From Prochlorococcaceae cyanobacterium (lineage in GTDB: Bacteria > Cyanobacteriota > Cyanobacteriia > PCC-6307 > Cyanobiaceae): 64,000 bases of DNA. Shown here piece after piece: positions 34,842 to 45,854 of this stretch. The notes beneath the pieces are model-generated. The model had not been told where the DNA came from and ran no database searches. It worked only from the letters and a program-made list of their open reading frames with translations. The stretch spans positions 2,156-66,155 of the forward strand of contig JAWOHV010000198.1 in the NCBI GenBank assembly GCA_046484965.1. The letters run 5' to 3'. The position numbers were made by a program, and so were the translations under genes. The number at the start of each line of letters is the position of its first letter. Position 1 is the first letter of the stretch.

Positions 34842-35975
34842 ATGGCCGACTACTACGACCTGCTGGGGGTAAGCCGGGATGCCGACGCTGACACCCTCAA
34901 GCGGGCCTATCGCCGCATGGCTCGCCAGTACCACCCGGATGTCAACAAAGACGCCGGCGCTGAAGAGCGGTTCAAGGAGATCGGCCGGGCCTACGAGGTG
35001 CTCGGCGATCCCCAGACCCGCGCCCGCTACGACCAGTTCGGCGAAGCCGGATTGGGCGGCGGCGGCGGCATGCCCGACATGGGCGATATGGGCGGCTTTG
35101 CCGATCTCTTCGAAACCTTCTTCAGCGGCTTCGGCGGTGGCGGTGGTGGCGGCGGGCCGGCGGGCGCCCGCCGCCGCGGTCCGCGCCAGGGCGACGATCT
35201 GCGCCTCGATCTGAGCATTGAGTTCAACGACGCGATCTTCGGCCAGGAGCGGGAGGTGCAGATCCGCCACCTCGAAACCTGCAACAGCTGCAAGGGCTCC
35301 GGGGCCAAGGCAGGCAGTGGACCCACCACCTGCGGCACCTGCGGCGGCGCCGGCCAGGTGCGGCGAGCTACCCGCACCCCCTTCGGCAACTTCACCCAGG
35401 TGGCACCCTGCCCCAGCTGCGAGGGCAGCGGCCAGGTGATCGCCGATCCCTGCACCGCCTGCGGTGGCCAGGGGGTCCAGCAGGTGCGCAAGAAGCTGCG
35501 GATCAACATTCCTGCCGGGGTCGACACGGGCACCCGCCTGCGGGTCTCCGGTGAGGGCAATGCCGGCCAGCGGGGAGGGCCGGCTGGGGATCTCTATGTG
35601 TTCCTGGCGGTGCAGTCCCATCCGGTGCTGCGCCGCGATGGGCTCAACATCCACACCGATCTCAAGCTCAACTATTTGCAGGCGATCCTCGGCGACACGA
35701 TCGAGGTGGACACCGTGGATGGCAGCGCCACCCTCGAGGTTCCCGCCGGCACCCAGCCCGGGGCCGTGCTCAGTCTGGCCAGCAAGGGGGTGCCCAAGCT
35801 GGGCAATCCGGTGGCCCGCGGCAACCATCTCTTCACCGTCCAGGTGCAGCTACCCAGCAAGCTCAGCGCCGATGAACGGGCGCTGCTCGAGCAGCTCGCC
35901 GGCCACCACAGCAGCAAGGGCCAACGCCACCACCACAAAAGTGGTTTGTTCGGCGGGCTGTTCGGCGGCGGATGA
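34842..35975 (+). CDS. dnaJ: Molecular chaperone DnaJ
   Basis: J-domain [36 protein letters not shown], a G/F region and four CxxCxGxG zinc motifs ([32 protein letters not shown]). Confidence 0.95.
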   Translation: MADYYDLLGVSRDADADTLKRAYRRMARQYHPDVNKDAGAEERFKEIGRAYEVLGDPQTRARYDQFGEAGLGGGGGMPDMGDMGGFADLFETFFSGFGGGGGGGGPAGARRRGPRQGDDLRLDLSIEFNDAIFGQEREVQIRHLETCNSCKGSGAKAGSGPTTCGTCGGAGQVRRATRTPFGNFTQVAPCPSCEGSGQVIADPCTACGGQGVQQVRKKLRINIPAGVDTGTRLRVSGEGNAGQRGGPAGDLYVFLAVQSHPVLRRDGLNIHTDLKLNYLQAILGDTIEVDTVDGSATLEVPAGTQPGAVLSLASKGVPKLGNPVARGNHLFTVQVQLPSKLSADERALLEQLAGHHSSKGQRHHHKSGLFGGLFGGG

Positions 35976-36226
35976 GCCTTCCTGAGCCCCTGCCCCAGCC
36001 CGTGGCCAGCCTGGATCTGCGCGGTACCCCCTGTCCGCTGAATTTCATCCGCGCCCGGCTCGCCCTCGAGAAGCTCCCGGCCGGCAGCTGGCTGCAGCTG
36101 GATCTCGATGCTGGTGAGCCCGAGCAGATGGTGGCCGAAGGCCTGAGCGCTGCGGGTCACCGTGTGGAGCTCCAGCGCCTCGATGGGGCGGCCGTGCGTT
36201 TGCTGATCGGCCGGCATGGGGGCTGA
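35972..36226 (+). CDS. TusA/SirA-like sulfur-carrier domain protein
   Basis: 84 aa with [19 protein letters not shown] (CPxP motif). Its ATG overlaps the dnaJ stop (gATGAg), and its 3' end overlaps the rsgA start. Confidence 0.75.
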   Translation: MSLPEPLPQPVASLDLRGTPCPLNFIRARLALEKLPAGSWLQLDLDAGEPEQMVAEGLSAAGHRVELQRLDGAAVRLLIGRHGG

Positions 36227-37295
36227 GGCCCCCGGCCAGGCGCTCGGGCTGGTGGTGGCTTTGCAGGCCAACTTCTGCCGGGTGCAGCTCGATCAGGCGG
36301 CGCCGGGCCAGGCCGGGACGCTGCTCTGCACCCGCCGCACACGATTGGGCAAGAGCGGCCAGCAGATCTGCGTGGGGGATCGGGTGCGGCTGGAGGGCAT
36401 CGACTGGGCCGCCGGCCGCGGCGCCGTGGCCGCCATTGAACCCCGCCAGGCGCCACCGCTGCAGCGGCCGGCGGTGGCCAATGTGGATCGGGTGGTGGTG
36501 GTGATCGCCCTGGCTGAACCCAGCCCCGACCCGCTGCAGCTCACCCGTTTCCTGGTCACGGCTGAAGCCTCCGGCCGGCCGGTGCAGCTGGTGCTCACCA
36601 AGGTCGACCGCACCAGCCCTGAGCAAGCCGAGCTCTGGCGGCGGCGCCTCAGCCTCTGGGGCTACGACCCTGCCCTGGTCTCCGTTGTCAGCGGCAGTGG
36701 ACTTGAGCCGCTGCGGCAGCGGCTGGCCCTCCCTGGCATCGCCGTGCTCTGCGGCCCCTCTGGAGTGGGCAAGAGCTCCCTGCTCAATGCCCTGCTGCCC
36801 CAGCTGCAGCTGCGGGTTGGGGCCGTTTCCGGGCGCCTGCAGCGCGGTCGCCACACCACCCGCCATGTGGAGCTGTTTGCCTTGGCGCCCGGGGCCCTGC
36901 TGGCCGACAGTCCTGGTTTCAACCGCCCCCAGCTGCCCGCTGACCCTGTTGAGCTGGCCGCCTGCTTCCCCGAGCTGCGCGCCTGCCTGGCCGAAGCGAG
37001 CTGCCGCTTCAGCAATTGCCTGCACCGCGGCGATCCGGGCTGCGTCGTCGCCGCCGGCTGGGATCGTTTTCCCCTCTACTTGAACTGCCTGGAAGAGTGC
37101 CTAGAGCAGAAGGAGCGCCTCAGCAGCGGCGCCGAGCTGGACCAGGAGCCGGGTCTGCGGCAGCGGGGAGATCGGCTCGAGCCGCGGCTCAAGGCCTCCC
37201 TGCGCCAGCCATCCAGGCGGAGCCAGCGTCAGCAGCTGGCCAACGACAACGACGGCGGCAGCGGGGCCATCAGCCGCCCAGGCCAGGAAGATTGA
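36216..37295 (+). CDS. rsgA: Ribosome small-subunit-dependent GTPase A
   Basis: [15 protein letters not shown] (OB fold), [32 protein letters not shown] and the Zn motif [15 protein letters not shown] charged C-terminal tail overlaps the ybaB 3' end by 26 nt. Confidence 0.88.
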   Translation: MGAEAPGQALGLVVALQANFCRVQLDQAAPGQAGTLLCTRRTRLGKSGQQICVGDRVRLEGIDWAAGRGAVAAIEPRQAPPLQRPAVANVDRVVVVIALAEPSPDPLQLTRFLVTAEASGRPVQLVLTKVDRTSPEQAELWRRRLSLWGYDPALVSVVSGSGLEPLRQRLALPGIAVLCGPSGVGKSSLLNALLPQLQLRVGAVSGRLQRGRHTTRHVELFALAPGALLADSPGFNRPQLPADPVELAACFPELRACLAEASCRFSNCLHRGDPGCVVAAGWDRFPLYLNCLEECLEQKERLSSGAELDQEPGLRQRGDRLEPRLKASLRQPSRRSQRQQLANDNDGGSGAISRPGQED

Positions 37296-37611
37296 GGTTC
37301 AGGCCGCCGGTGAGTTCCTCCATCCGCTCCTTCATCGTGCCCGTGGAGCGCTCGTAGGCGGCCTGCAGGGCCTCGAGGGTGGCCGCCTCGGTGGCTGCTG
37401 CACCCTCAGCGATCAGTTCAGGGGCCAGGCGCACCCGCAGGGGCAGCTGGTTGCCGGAGAGCCAGACGCTCGCCTGTCCGTTGGCACTGGTGCCCTCCAG
37501 CTCCATCCCATCGAGCTCTTCCTGGAGTTTCTGGGCGTCCTGCTGGATCTGCTGGGCCTTGCGGAAGGCTTCGGTGAGTTGTCCGAAATTGGGGAGTCCG
37601 AAGCCGGCCAT
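37270..37611 (-). CDS. ybaB: Nucleoid-associated protein YbaB/EbfC
   Basis: 113 aa, reading [47 protein letters not shown]. Confidence 0.9.
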   Translation of the reverse strand: MAGFGLPNFGQLTEAFRKAQQIQQDAQKLQEELDGMELEGTSANGQASVWLSGNQLPLRVRLAPELIAEGAAATEAATLEALQAAYERSTGTMKERMEELTGGLNLNLPGLGG

Positions 37612-37689
37612 GGAACTGCACGCGTTAGGGGCAGGCTAAGGCCAAGCCCAGCCGCGGTCAGTCCTGCCCGGGGCCGGTGCCGAGCCGCT

Positions 37690-38583
37690 TCAGCCGAGCC
37701 GCTTCACCTCAGGATGCAGGCGCACCCCATGGCCCTGCCAGACCCGCTCCTGAACCGCTTCGATCAGGGCGGTGATCTCGGCGGCCGTGGCCTGGCCTGT
37801 GTTGACGATGAAGTTGGCATGGATCGGCGATACCTGGGCGCCGCCGATGCTCAGGCTCTTGAGCCCCAGCGCTTCGATCAGCTGGCCGGCCTTGAGCGGT
37901 TCAGGATTGCGGAAAACGCTGCCGCAGCTGGGTTGCTGGTAGGGCTGGCTGCTGGTGCGGCTGTGCAGATTGGCGCTGGTGCGGCGCGTCACCTCGGCGG
38001 GGTCGTGGCCAGCATCCAATTGGAAGCGGGCCGAGAGCAGCAGCAGTGGTTCCTGCTGCAGGCGGCTGTGGCGGTAGGCGAAGTCGAGGGCGTCGGCCTT
38101 GAGCACGTAGGGGCGCTCGGGTTGGCGGGGGTCGAGCACGGTGACCTCCCTCAGCCATTCCGCCGTACAGCCCCCCTGGGCGCCTGCATTCATGACCACC
38201 GCTCCGCCCACGGTGCCCGGAATGCCCACGGCCCACTCCAGGCCGCTCAGCCCCGCCCGCGCTGCCCTCCTGGCCAGGGTGGGGAGCGGTTCACCTGCCA
38301 GGGCCTCCATCCACCCCTGCGCGGCGTCCAGGCTGCTCCCCTGCAGCTTGCGGGTGCAGAGGGTCAACCCCTCAAGGCCGGCGTCGCTCACCAGCAGGTT
38401 GGAACCGGCGCCGATGCTGCGCAGGGGCAGGCCCTGTTCCAGGGCCCAGCGCACCAGCGTCAGCAGCTCCTCGCCCTGCTCCGGTTCGGCGAACCAGGCG
38501 GCCGGTCCGCCCACCCTCCAGGTGGTGTAGTCCTCAAGCCGGATGCCGCGGCGAAGTCCAGGGGGCGCGCTGACCGCTGCCAT
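37690..38583 (-). CDS. murB: UDP-N-acetylenolpyruvoylglucosamine reductase
   Basis: [42 protein letters not shown] and SCGSVFRNP. Confidence 0.92.
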   Translation of the reverse strand: MAAVSAPPGLRRGIRLEDYTTWRVGGPAAWFAEPEQGEELLTLVRWALEQGLPLRSIGAGSNLLVSDAGLEGLTLCTRKLQGSSLDAAQGWMEALAGEPLPTLARRAARAGLSGLEWAVGIPGTVGGAVVMNAGAQGGCTAEWLREVTVLDPRQPERPYVLKADALDFAYRHSRLQQEPLLLLSARFQLDAGHDPAEVTRRTSANLHSRTSSQPYQQPSCGSVFRNPEPLKAGQLIEALGLKSLSIGGAQVSPIHANFIVNTGQATAAEITALIEAVQERVWQGHGVRLHPEVKRLG

Positions 38584-38585
38584 GC

Positions 38586-40046
38586 TCAGGCGGCGTGGGC
38601 GAGCGGGCTGGGGAGTTGCTCCGTGCCGGCGGGTAGCCGCTCGTAGAGACCGTTCACATCACCGGCCCCCATGGCCAGCACCAGGTCGCCGGCCAGGCTC
38701 TGCTCGGCCACGAGCTGGGCCAGATGGTCGAGGCTGGCGGCCACCGTCACGGGCAGCTCCGGGCGCAGCAGCTGGATCGCTGCGCCCAGGGCATCGCTTG
38801 AGATGCCGGCGATCGGGGCCTCGCCGGCGGTGTAGAGGGGGGCCAGCAGCACCAGATCGGCCACGCTGAGGGCCTTGGCGAATCCCTCCAGGAATTCGGC
38901 CGTGCGGGTGTAGCGGTGGGGCTGGAACACCGCCAGCAGCCGCTCCGGACTGCGGGGCAGCGGGCTACGGCCGCTGCTCACCATCAGGCGGGCCGTGGCG
39001 AGGGTGGCCGCCACCTCGCTGGGGTGGTGGGCGTAGTCGTCAACGATCAGCCTCTCCTGCCAGCTGCCGCGGTAATCAAAGCGGCGCCCCGGGCAGCGGA
39101 GGCTGGCCAGGCCCGCCTGGAGCTCCGCAAAGGCCACCCCTTCCAGCCGGCAGGCCGCCAGGGCGGCTGCGGCATTGCTGAGGTTGTGGCGTCCTGGCAG
39201 GGGCAGCTGCAGCTGGCCCACGAGCACCCCCTGTTCGTAGAAGTCGGCCACGGTGCCGTCGCCCCTCTCCTCCACGGGGATGGCCGCGAACTCCACCTCA
39301 GCGGGGCTGGTGATCGACCACCAGGCCGTGGCCTCGAAGTGCTGCCGCAGGATTGGACAATCGCGGTTGGCCAGCAGGCGCTCGCAGCCGGAGGCAAAGC
39401 GCTTGAGGGTGGCGATCAGGGCCGCCAGGTCGGGGTAGTGGTCGGTGTGGTCGAGTTCAAGGTTGGTGATCACCCCGAGGCCTGGCTTGAATTTCACCAG
39501 CGAGCCGTCGGATTCATCGGCTTCGGCCACCAGCAGCCGGCCGAGGCCCTGCCGACCGTTGCTGCCGAAGGCCGGCACGATGCCGCCAACCACGGCGGTG
39601 GGTTCCTGGCCGGCGCTGTGCAGCAGGCTGGCCAACAGGGTGCTGGTGGTGGTTTTGCCATGGCTGCCGGCCACGGCGATCGATGGCTGGCTGTTGATCA
39701 GGCCTGCCAGCACATCGGAGCGATGGAAGATCTCCAGGCCGGCACGGCGGGCTTCGGCCAGTTCTGGGTTGCTCTCCGGAATGGCGCTGCTCACCACCAC
39801 CTTGGGGCTGCTGGATGTGCCGCTGCGGATGGCGGCGATCGTGGACCCGCTCTGTTCACGGAACACCCGCACGCCCCGCTGGCGAAGGTTCTGCACCACG
39901 GCGTTGTCGCGCGGGTCGGAGCCGCTCACGGCAAAGCCCCGTTCGGCCAGGATTCCTGCCAGGGCCGACATGCCGATGCCACCGACGCCGATGAAGTGGA
40001 GGGGCTGGCGTGGATCCAGCGTCAGGGCCAGGGGCTTCAAGGCCAA
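38586..40046 (-). CDS. murC: UDP-N-acetylmuramate--L-alanine ligase
   Basis: [43 protein letters not shown] and DDYAHHPSE. The track start at 40259 would overlap gap2. In-frame TTG codons at 40046 and 40040 give a family-typical N-terminus, so the start is uncertain. Confidence 0.9.
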   Translation of the reverse strand: MALKPLALTLDPRQPLHFIGVGGIGMSALAGILAERGFAVSGSDPRDNAVVQNLRQRGVRVFREQSGSTIAAIRSGTSSSPKVVVSSAIPESNPELAEARRAGLEIFHRSDVLAGLINSQPSIAVAGSHGKTTTSTLLASLLHSAGQEPTAVVGGIVPAFGSNGRQGLGRLLVAEADESDGSLVKFKPGLGVITNLELDHTDHYPDLAALIATLKRFASGCERLLANRDCPILRQHFEATAWWSITSPAEVEFAAIPVEERGDGTVADFYEQGVLVGQLQLPLPGRHNLSNAAAALAACRLEGVAFAELQAGLASLRCPGRRFDYRGSWQERLIVDDYAHHPSEVAATLATARLMVSSGRSPLPRSPERLLAVFQPHRYTRTAEFLEGFAKALSVADLVLLAPLYTAGEAPIAGISSDALGAAIQLLRPELPVTVAASLDHLAQLVAEQSLAGDLVLAMGAGDVNGLYERLPAGTEQLPSPLAHAA

Positions 40047-40252
40047 GGGCGACTCCAGATGGGGTCCGACGTCGGATCGGTGTGGTGCGCCGAGGTTAAG
40101 GCCGCTGGCCCCGCCTGTCCCGCCCGCGGCCCCGCCGGCTTCAAGCCTCGAAACCTTGGTCGGGGCCAGCCAGCCTGTGTGGAGATCAGAATAATGACTC
40201 TGTATGATCGGCTGCCGAAATCCCTTGCCAGCGGTCGCCACCGCTTCCTGCC

Positions 40253-41275
40253 ATGACACTGCGCGTTGCGATCAATGGTTTTGGGCGGATCGGCCGCAAC
40301 TTTCTGCGCTGCTGGCTGAGCCGCGGCGCCAATACCGGCATCGAGTTGGTGGGTCTCAACGGCTCCGGTGACACCACCACCAACGCCCACCTGCTCAAGT
40401 ACGACACGATGCTCGGCCCCCTGCGGGGCGTCGAGGTCACCACCACCGACAATGCCATCTACGTCAACGGCAAGGAGATCAAGGTCTTCTATGACCGCAA
40501 TCCAGCCAATCTTCCCTGGAAGGAGTGGGGCGTGGATCTGGTTATTGAGTCCACCGGTGTGTTCAACGACGATGTGGGAGCCAGCAAGCACTTTGAAGCC
40601 GGCGCCAAGAAGGTGATTCTCACGGCTCCCGGCAAGGGAGCAAAAGTGGGCACGTTCGTGGTCGGCGTCAACGCCGATCAATACCGCCACGAAGACTGGG
40701 ACATTCTCAGCAATGCCAGTTGCACCACCAACTGCATGGCCCCTGTCATCAAGGTGTTGGATCAGGAGTTCGGCATCGTCAAGGGCACGATGACCACCAC
40801 CCACAGCTATACCGGTGACCAGCGCATTCTCGACGCGGCCCACCGCGATCTGCGCCGTGCCCGGGCTGCCGCAGTGAACATCGTGCCCACCAGCACTGGC
40901 GCTGCCCAGGCGGTGGCTTTGGTTTACCCGCCGATGAAGGGCAAACTCAGTGGTATCGCCATGCGGGTGCCAACCCCCAACGTGTCTGTGGTGGACATGG
41001 TGCTCGATATCAGCCGCGACACCACCAAGGAGGAGGTGAACGCGGTGCTCAAGGCCTCATCGGAAAATGCCATGAAGGGCATCATCAAGTATTCCGATCT
41101 GCCCCTGGTGTCGAGCGACCACGCCGGCACCGATGAATCCACGATCATCGACTCCGACCTCACCCTTGTTATGGGCGGCAACATGCTGAAGGTGATTGCC
41201 TGGTACGACAACGAGTGGGGCTACAGCCAGCGGGTTGTCGATCTGGCCGAGATCGTTGCCCAGAAATGGAAGTGA
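40253..41275 (+). CDS. gap2: Glyceraldehyde-3-phosphate dehydrogenase (Gap2-type by synteny)
   Basis: [31 protein letters not shown] (catalytic Cys) and [15 protein letters not shown]. Confidence 0.95.
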   Translation: MTLRVAINGFGRIGRNFLRCWLSRGANTGIELVGLNGSGDTTTNAHLLKYDTMLGPLRGVEVTTTDNAIYVNGKEIKVFYDRNPANLPWKEWGVDLVIESTGVFNDDVGASKHFEAGAKKVILTAPGKGAKVGTFVVGVNADQYRHEDWDILSNASCTTNCMAPVIKVLDQEFGIVKGTMTTTHSYTGDQRILDAAHRDLRRARAAAVNIVPTSTGAAQAVALVYPPMKGKLSGIAMRVPTPNVSVVDMVLDISRDTTKEEVNAVLKASSENAMKGIIKYSDLPLVSSDHAGTDESTIIDSDLTLVMGGNMLKVIAWYDNEWGYSQRVVDLAEIVAQKWK

Positions 41276-41312
41276 AGCTTCTGCAGCTGGCCTGAACGGA
41301 GCCATTCGCCTT

Positions 41313-41338
41313 ACCGCCCCTTCGGGGGCGGTTTTTTA
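41313..41338 (+). terminator. Rho-independent terminator downstream of gap2
   Basis: accgcccc-ttcg-ggggcgg followed by tttttt. This is a 7-bp GC stem with a tetraloop and a T-run on the plus strand. Confidence 0.7.
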
Positions 41339-41351
41339 TTCCTTCCCTGCC

Positions 41352-42383
41352 TCAGCGGAAGTGATCAAAGCCTGGCTGCGGGCTTGTCACCGGCTGCCGG
41401 TCTTCGGCCCAGAGCACCTGCGGGGCTCCCTGCTCCAGCCTGCCCAGCAGCCGGCTCCCGGGCAGGGTCTGGCAGAGGCTGTGGGCCCAGGTTGGTGCCA
41501 GCGCCAGCACCAGTTCGAAGTCTTCGCCGCCAGAGAGGCACCAGCCTTCAGCCTGGGGGAGGGAGGCCATGGCGGGATCCAGCGGCAGGGCCGCCCGCTC
41601 CAGCACGGCGGTGCAGCCGCTGGCGGCGGCCAGGAAGCCCAGGGCGGCCAGCAGACCATCGCTGCTGTCGGTGCCGGCTACGCGCCAGGGCTGTTGCTGC
41701 TGGCTTTGCTGCAGGGCGCGCACAGCATCGAAGCGGGCCCTGGGGCGGCGGTGACAGCTGATGGCCCTATGTCCCAGCTGCTCGGGCAGGGCAGCCAGCT
41801 CGGCGCTGCTCAGCTCGCCCCGCAGCAAGGCCAGTCCCAGCCGGCTCAGGCCATGGTCGCCGCTGCTGACGAGCAGGTCGCCGGGCCGGCCCTGGCAGCG
41901 TTGGATCGGGGCCGCGGCGCCCACCAGGCCGATGGCCGTGATCGCCAGCAGCCGCTGGCTGCCGCCGCTGCAGTCGCCCCCCAGCAGCTCGCCGCCCGCG
42001 TCTGCCAGGGCGGCGCTGAGGCCCGTGTACACCCCTTCAACCCAGCGCCATGGGGTCTGGGAAGGCGCCACCAGGGCCACGGTCACTCCCAGGGCCGAGT
42101 GGCAGCCCATGGCAGCCAGATCGGAGAGGTTGGCCGCTGCCGCTCGCCAGCCAACGTCAGCGGCGCCGGTGGTGGCATCGCTGAAGTGCACCCCGTCCAC
42201 CAGCACATCGCTGCTGATCACCAGCCGGCTGTCACGGCCCGCCTGCCGGGGCAGCTGCAGCAGGGCCCCATCGTCGTTGAACTGCCCCGGAGCTGCGAAC
42301 GCCGCCAGCCGTTGGATCAGCCCCCATTCCCCCAGCTCGGCCAGGGTTTCGCCAGCACCTAACTGGCCTGGGCTGGAGCTCAT
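41352..42383 (-). CDS. thiL: Thiamine-monophosphate kinase
   Basis: LGEWGLIQRL, DDGALL, VISSDVLVDGVHF, AANLSDLAAMG and LGGDCSGG. Confidence 0.88.
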   Translation of the reverse strand: MSSSPGQLGAGETLAELGEWGLIQRLAAFAAPGQFNDDGALLQLPRQAGRDSRLVISSDVLVDGVHFSDATTGAADVGWRAAAANLSDLAAMGCHSALGVTVALVAPSQTPWRWVEGVYTGLSAALADAGGELLGGDCSGGSQRLLAITAIGLVGAAAPIQRCQGRPGDLLVSSGDHGLSRLGLALLRGELSSAELAALPEQLGHRAISCHRRPRARFDAVRALQQSQQQQPWRVAGTDSSDGLLAALGFLAAASGCTAVLERAALPLDPAMASLPQAEGWCLSGGEDFELVLALAPTWAHSLCQTLPGSRLLGRLEQGAPQVLWAEDRQPVTSPQPGFDHFR

Positions 42384-42390
42384 CGCGCCG

Positions 42391-43506
42391 TCAGGCGTTC
42401 GGTTTGAGATTCTCGCTGCCCTCGATCACCCGTGCCTTGACGATGCCGTCTTCGGCGGTGAGCTCTTCGAGCACATCAAAGCCATCCACCACATAGCCGA
42501 AGGCGGCGTAGCGGCCATCGATCAGGTTCAGCCCGGCCGGGGTGAGCTCCGGCTCGAACAGAAACAGGAAGAACTGGGAGGAGCCATCGTTGAGGGCATT
42601 GTCGGAATGGGCCCAGCCCAGGGTGCCTTTGGTGGAAAAGGGCAGCATCGGTTCGGCCTTGAACATCCCCAGATCCTCGAAGGTTTGGTTGTAGAAGGGC
42701 GCCTGCTGGCCTGGCACCCGGATCTCCAGGGGCACCTTGCGTTCGGCCTTGCTGCTGGGATCGATGAAGCCGGTTTCGGGGCCCTCGGGATCACCCGTCT
42801 GCAGCACGTAGAAATCCTCGGCGCGGCTGAAGGGCAGACCGTCGTAGAAGCCCCGCTGCACCAAATCAACGAAGGCTCCGGCGGTGATCGGGGCGTTGTA
42901 ACCGTCCACAACTGCCGTCAGATCGCCCTTGTTGGTGCTGAGCTGCACCGTCGCCCGTCCCAGCAGCCGGGGCAGGGCATCGAAGTCGCTGGGGATGGCA
43001 AACGGGAAGGGACCCACGAGCAGGTCCTCGGCCTCGCCGATTGTGGCCAGGGCGGCGCGCCGTGCGGTCAGGAAGTCGTCGCGGTTCTGCTGATCAGTGG
43101 CTTCAGCCAGGGTTTGCAGCTGCTCCTCGAGCTGGTTGAGCAGGCCGGCGGCCCGATCCCGATCCGCTTCACTGAAGCCTTGCTGGATGGTGTTGCGACG
43201 GTTGCCGAATTGGGACTGGCTGCGGCGCACGGCGCTGATCAGGGCTCCCCAGCGCTTGGCCCGCAGGTCGTCGCTGGTGGACTCCAATCTGTGCTGCAGC
43301 TCCTGCAGATCGGGTGCATTGATCGGCAGGGCATTGCGCAGCAGGGCTGCCGGGTCGGTAACCGCATTCCCAGGGGGCAGGGCGGCCTCTGCGATCGGAA
43401 CACCGAGCAAAACCAGGGCCAGAGTGAGGCTGAGGGCCAGAGCTGACCACCAGTGTCTGTGGACGGCTGCCATCGCTCGATCCAGTACCTGCCTGGACTT
43501 TGGCAT
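42391..43506 (-). CDS. Cyclophilin-type peptidyl-prolyl isomerase with an N-terminal helical (lumenal TLP40-like) domain
   Basis: FVDLVQRGFYDGLPFSR, GTLGWAHSDNALNDGSSQFFLF and DGRYAAFGYVVDG. The signal-like N-terminus MPKSRQVLDRAMAAVHRHWWSALALSLTLALVLLGVPIAEA begins at the ATG at 43506. Confidence 0.88.
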   Translation of the reverse strand: MPKSRQVLDRAMAAVHRHWWSALALSLTLALVLLGVPIAEAALPPGNAVTDPAALLRNALPINAPDLQELQHRLESTSDDLRAKRWGALISAVRRSQSQFGNRRNTIQQGFSEADRDRAAGLLNQLEEQLQTLAEATDQQNRDDFLTARRAALATIGEAEDLLVGPFPFAIPSDFDALPRLLGRATVQLSTNKGDLTAVVDGYNAPITAGAFVDLVQRGFYDGLPFSRAEDFYVLQTGDPEGPETGFIDPSSKAERKVPLEIRVPGQQAPFYNQTFEDLGMFKAEPMLPFSTKGTLGWAHSDNALNDGSSQFFLFLFEPELTPAGLNLIDGRYAAFGYVVDGFDVLEELTAEDGIVKARVIEGSENLKPNA

Positions 43507-43586
43507 AGTCCCAGGGGGCTTTGGCCGGTGACGGCGGGATTGCTCCGGTAGCCAGCCGTACAATCCGCCAGATCCGACCCGCCGGA

Positions 43587-44147
43587 ATGATCTCCAGCAA
43601 CGACTTTCGTACCGGTACCTCGATCGAGCTCGACGGCCAGGTCTGGCGGGTTGTGGAGTTTTTGCACGTGAAGCCCGGCAAGGGATCGGCCTTCGTGCGC
43701 ACCAAGCTCAAGGCGGTTCAGAGCGGCAGCGTGGTGGAGAAAACCTTCCGCGCCGGCGAGATGCTGCCCCAGGCGGTGCTTGAGAAGAGCACCCTGCAGC
43801 ACACCTACATGGACGGGGACGACTTCGTGTTCATGGACATGGGCACCTATGAGGAAACCCGCCTCACCGCCAAGCAGATCGGCGACAGCCGCAAGTACCT
43901 CAAGGAGGGCATGGAAGTGAACGTGGTGGCCTGGAACGGCAAACCCCTGGAGGTGGAGTTGCCCAACTCGGTGGTGCTGGAGATCACCCAGACCGATCCG
44001 GGCGTCAAGGGTGACACCGCCACCGGCGGCACCAAGCCCGCGATCGTGGAGACCGGCGCCCAGGTGATGGTGCCCCTGTTTCTCTCGATCGGCGAGAAGA
44101 TCAAGATCGATACCCGCACCGACAGCTACCTGGGCCGGGAGAACTGA
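43587..44147 (+). CDS. efp: Elongation factor P
   Basis: [42 protein letters not shown], from the ATG at 43587. The track ORF starts upstream at 43521. Confidence 0.95.
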   Translation: MISSNDFRTGTSIELDGQVWRVVEFLHVKPGKGSAFVRTKLKAVQSGSVVEKTFRAGEMLPQAVLEKSTLQHTYMDGDDFVFMDMGTYEETRLTAKQIGDSRKYLKEGMEVNVVAWNGKPLEVELPNSVVLEITQTDPGVKGDTATGGTKPAIVETGAQVMVPLFLSIGEKIKIDTRTDSYLGREN

Positions 44148-44152
44148 TCGCC

Positions 44153-44638
44153 ATGCAGCTCGACCACGACCAGCTCCACAAGCTCCTGGCCCTGCTCGGG
44201 GACAGCGACATCCAGGAACTCAAGCTCGAGGGCGACGACTTCCGCCTCGAGGTACGTCGCAACCTGCCTCTGGCCGCCCCGGTGGCCATGCTGCAGGCCC
44301 CGGCGGCCGTCGCCAGCAGCGCTCCGGCGTCGCCCGCCCCGAGCAGCGCCCCTGCCCCCTCACCGCCGCCGCCGGCCGCCGCTGCCGTTCGCGGCGATCT
44401 GCTCGAGATCACGGCCCCGATGGTGGGCACCTTCTATCGGGCGCCGGCCCCCGGCGAGCCCTCGTTCGTTGAACTGGGAGCCCGCATCAGCATCGGTCAG
44501 ACCGTCTGCATCCTCGAGGCGATGAAGCTGATGAACGAACTCGAATCGGAAGTGGTGGGCGAACTGGTGGAGATCCTGGTGGAAAGCGGCACCCCGGTTG
44601 AATTCGGCCAGGTGCTGATGCGCGTCAAGCCCGGCTGA
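44153..44638 (+). CDS. accB: Biotin carboxyl carrier protein of acetyl-CoA carboxylase
   Basis: An Ala/Pro-rich linker is followed by the biotinyl domain with CILEAMKLMNELE (biotinyl-Lys motif). Confidence 0.93.
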   Translation: MQLDHDQLHKLLALLGDSDIQELKLEGDDFRLEVRRNLPLAAPVAMLQAPAAVASSAPASPAPSSAPAPSPPPPAAAAVRGDLLEITAPMVGTFYRAPAPGEPSFVELGARISIGQTVCILEAMKLMNELESEVVGELVEILVESGTPVEFGQVLMRVKPG

Positions 44639-44662
44639 GCAGAGCTGCGGCCTGCCGGCGCC

Positions 44663-45688
44663 TCAACCCAGTTCCCAGGCCGTCAGGATGGCGGCCTCCA
44701 TGCTCGCTGAGCGGGCCACCCCCTGGCCGGCGATCGCAAAACCGGTGCCATGGTCGGGGGAGGTGCGGAGGTACGGCAGGCCGAGGCTGGTGTTCACGGC
44801 GGCATCGAAGGCCAGCAGCTTCACCGGGATCAGGCCCTGGTCGTGATAGAGGGCCAGGTATCCGTCCGGGCCCGTGGCGTTTCCTTGCCAAGCGGCGCTG
44901 GCATCCAGCCAGCAGGTGTCCGGTGGGAGTGGGCCTCGCAGCAGCACACCAGAATTGTCGGCCTGCCAGGCCTGCAGGGCTGGGATCAGCCAGTCGATCT
45001 CCTCACGCCCGAGCTGGCCTGCTTCGCCGGCATGGGGATTGAGGCCAGCCACCACCAGCTGGGGCCTGGCGCTGAACCGCCGGCAGAAGCCCGCCAGGGC
45101 CGTCAACTTCGCCTGTACCAAGGCTGCCGAGAGCTGCCCTGGCACCGCGGCCAAGGGGATGTGGGTGGTGGCCAGCAGGGTGTTGAAGCGCCAGTGGCCC
45201 CCGGGGGCAAGGGCGGTGAACAGCATCGATACCGGCACTCCACCGGCCAGCTCCGCCAGCCGCTCGGTCTGTCCCGGATAGGGATGGCCGGCGGCATGCC
45301 AGGCGGCCTTGGCGATCGGTGCGGTCACCAGGCTGCGGCAGCGGCCCGCCTGCACCAGGGCGCAGGCCGCAGTGAGCCACTGGAAGCTGGCCTCCCCTGC
45401 CGCCGCCGTGCTGACACCGCTGCTCACTGGCTCGGCGAGAGGCAGATCGAGGATTTCGAAGTCGCCCGGATCGGCCAGGGGCTCGGCGCTGAGGGGCCGA
45501 AGCCGCTGGTAGCTCTGCTCCAGCCAGCTGCGGCAGCCCACCAGCACCACCGGGATGGCCCGCTGGCGCAGCGCCGCCAGGGCCTTGAGGCTCACTTCGG
45601 CGCCGATCCCGGCCGGGTCGCCCAGGCACAGGGCCAACCCACCTCCCCTAGGTTGAAGCGCAGGTCCCTGGCCGATCGGATCTCCCAT
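44663..45688 (-). CDS. pdxA: 4-hydroxythreonine-4-phosphate dehydrogenase
   Basis: LALCLGDPAGIGAEV, GLNPHAGE, YHDQGLIPVK and RTSPDHGT. The start is the ATG at 45688. The track ORF over-extends to 45976. Confidence 0.9.
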   Translation of the reverse strand: MGDPIGQGPALQPRGGGLALCLGDPAGIGAEVSLKALAALRQRAIPVVLVGCRSWLEQSYQRLRPLSAEPLADPGDFEILDLPLAEPVSSGVSTAAAGEASFQWLTAACALVQAGRCRSLVTAPIAKAAWHAAGHPYPGQTERLAELAGGVPVSMLFTALAPGGHWRFNTLLATTHIPLAAVPGQLSAALVQAKLTALAGFCRRFSARPQLVVAGLNPHAGEAGQLGREEIDWLIPALQAWQADNSGVLLRGPLPPDTCWLDASAAWQGNATGPDGYLALYHDQGLIPVKLLAFDAAVNTSLGLPYLRTSPDHGTGFAIAGQGVARSASMEAAILTAWELG

Positions 45689-45848
45689 GGTGCGTTTGTT
45701 GCTGGTGGGTCTGCTGTTGTTCGGCCTTGGAACGGGCCTGCAACGGGGTTGGCTGCAGGTGCGCTGGGGGTTGATGCTGAAGGACCTCGGGGTGCCCTTC
45801 GTGGCTGATGATCCGGCCCCCGGCTGCGAGCCAGAGCCGCCCCGCTGA
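45687..45848 (+). CDS. Possible 53-aa small membrane protein (below the track size cut-off)
   Basis: My own translation is MVRLLLVGLLLFGLGTGLQRGWLQVRWGLMLKDLGVPFVADDPAPGCEPEPPR*. It fills the pdxA/epimerase gap almost exactly and has a hydrophobic N-terminal helix. There is no other support. Confidence 0.3.
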   Translation: MVRLLLVGLLLFGLGTGLQRGWLQVRWGLMLKDLGVPFVADDPAPGCEPEPPR

Positions 45849-45854
45849 GCCTTC

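Noticed and set aside
38916-40256. 446-aa plus-strand ORF
   Set aside because: It is antisense to murC.
41196-43446. Plus-strand ORFs 41196..42362 (388 aa) and 41761..43446 (561 aa)
   Set aside because: They are antisense to thiL and the cyclophilin gene, both of which have clear family signatures on the minus strand.
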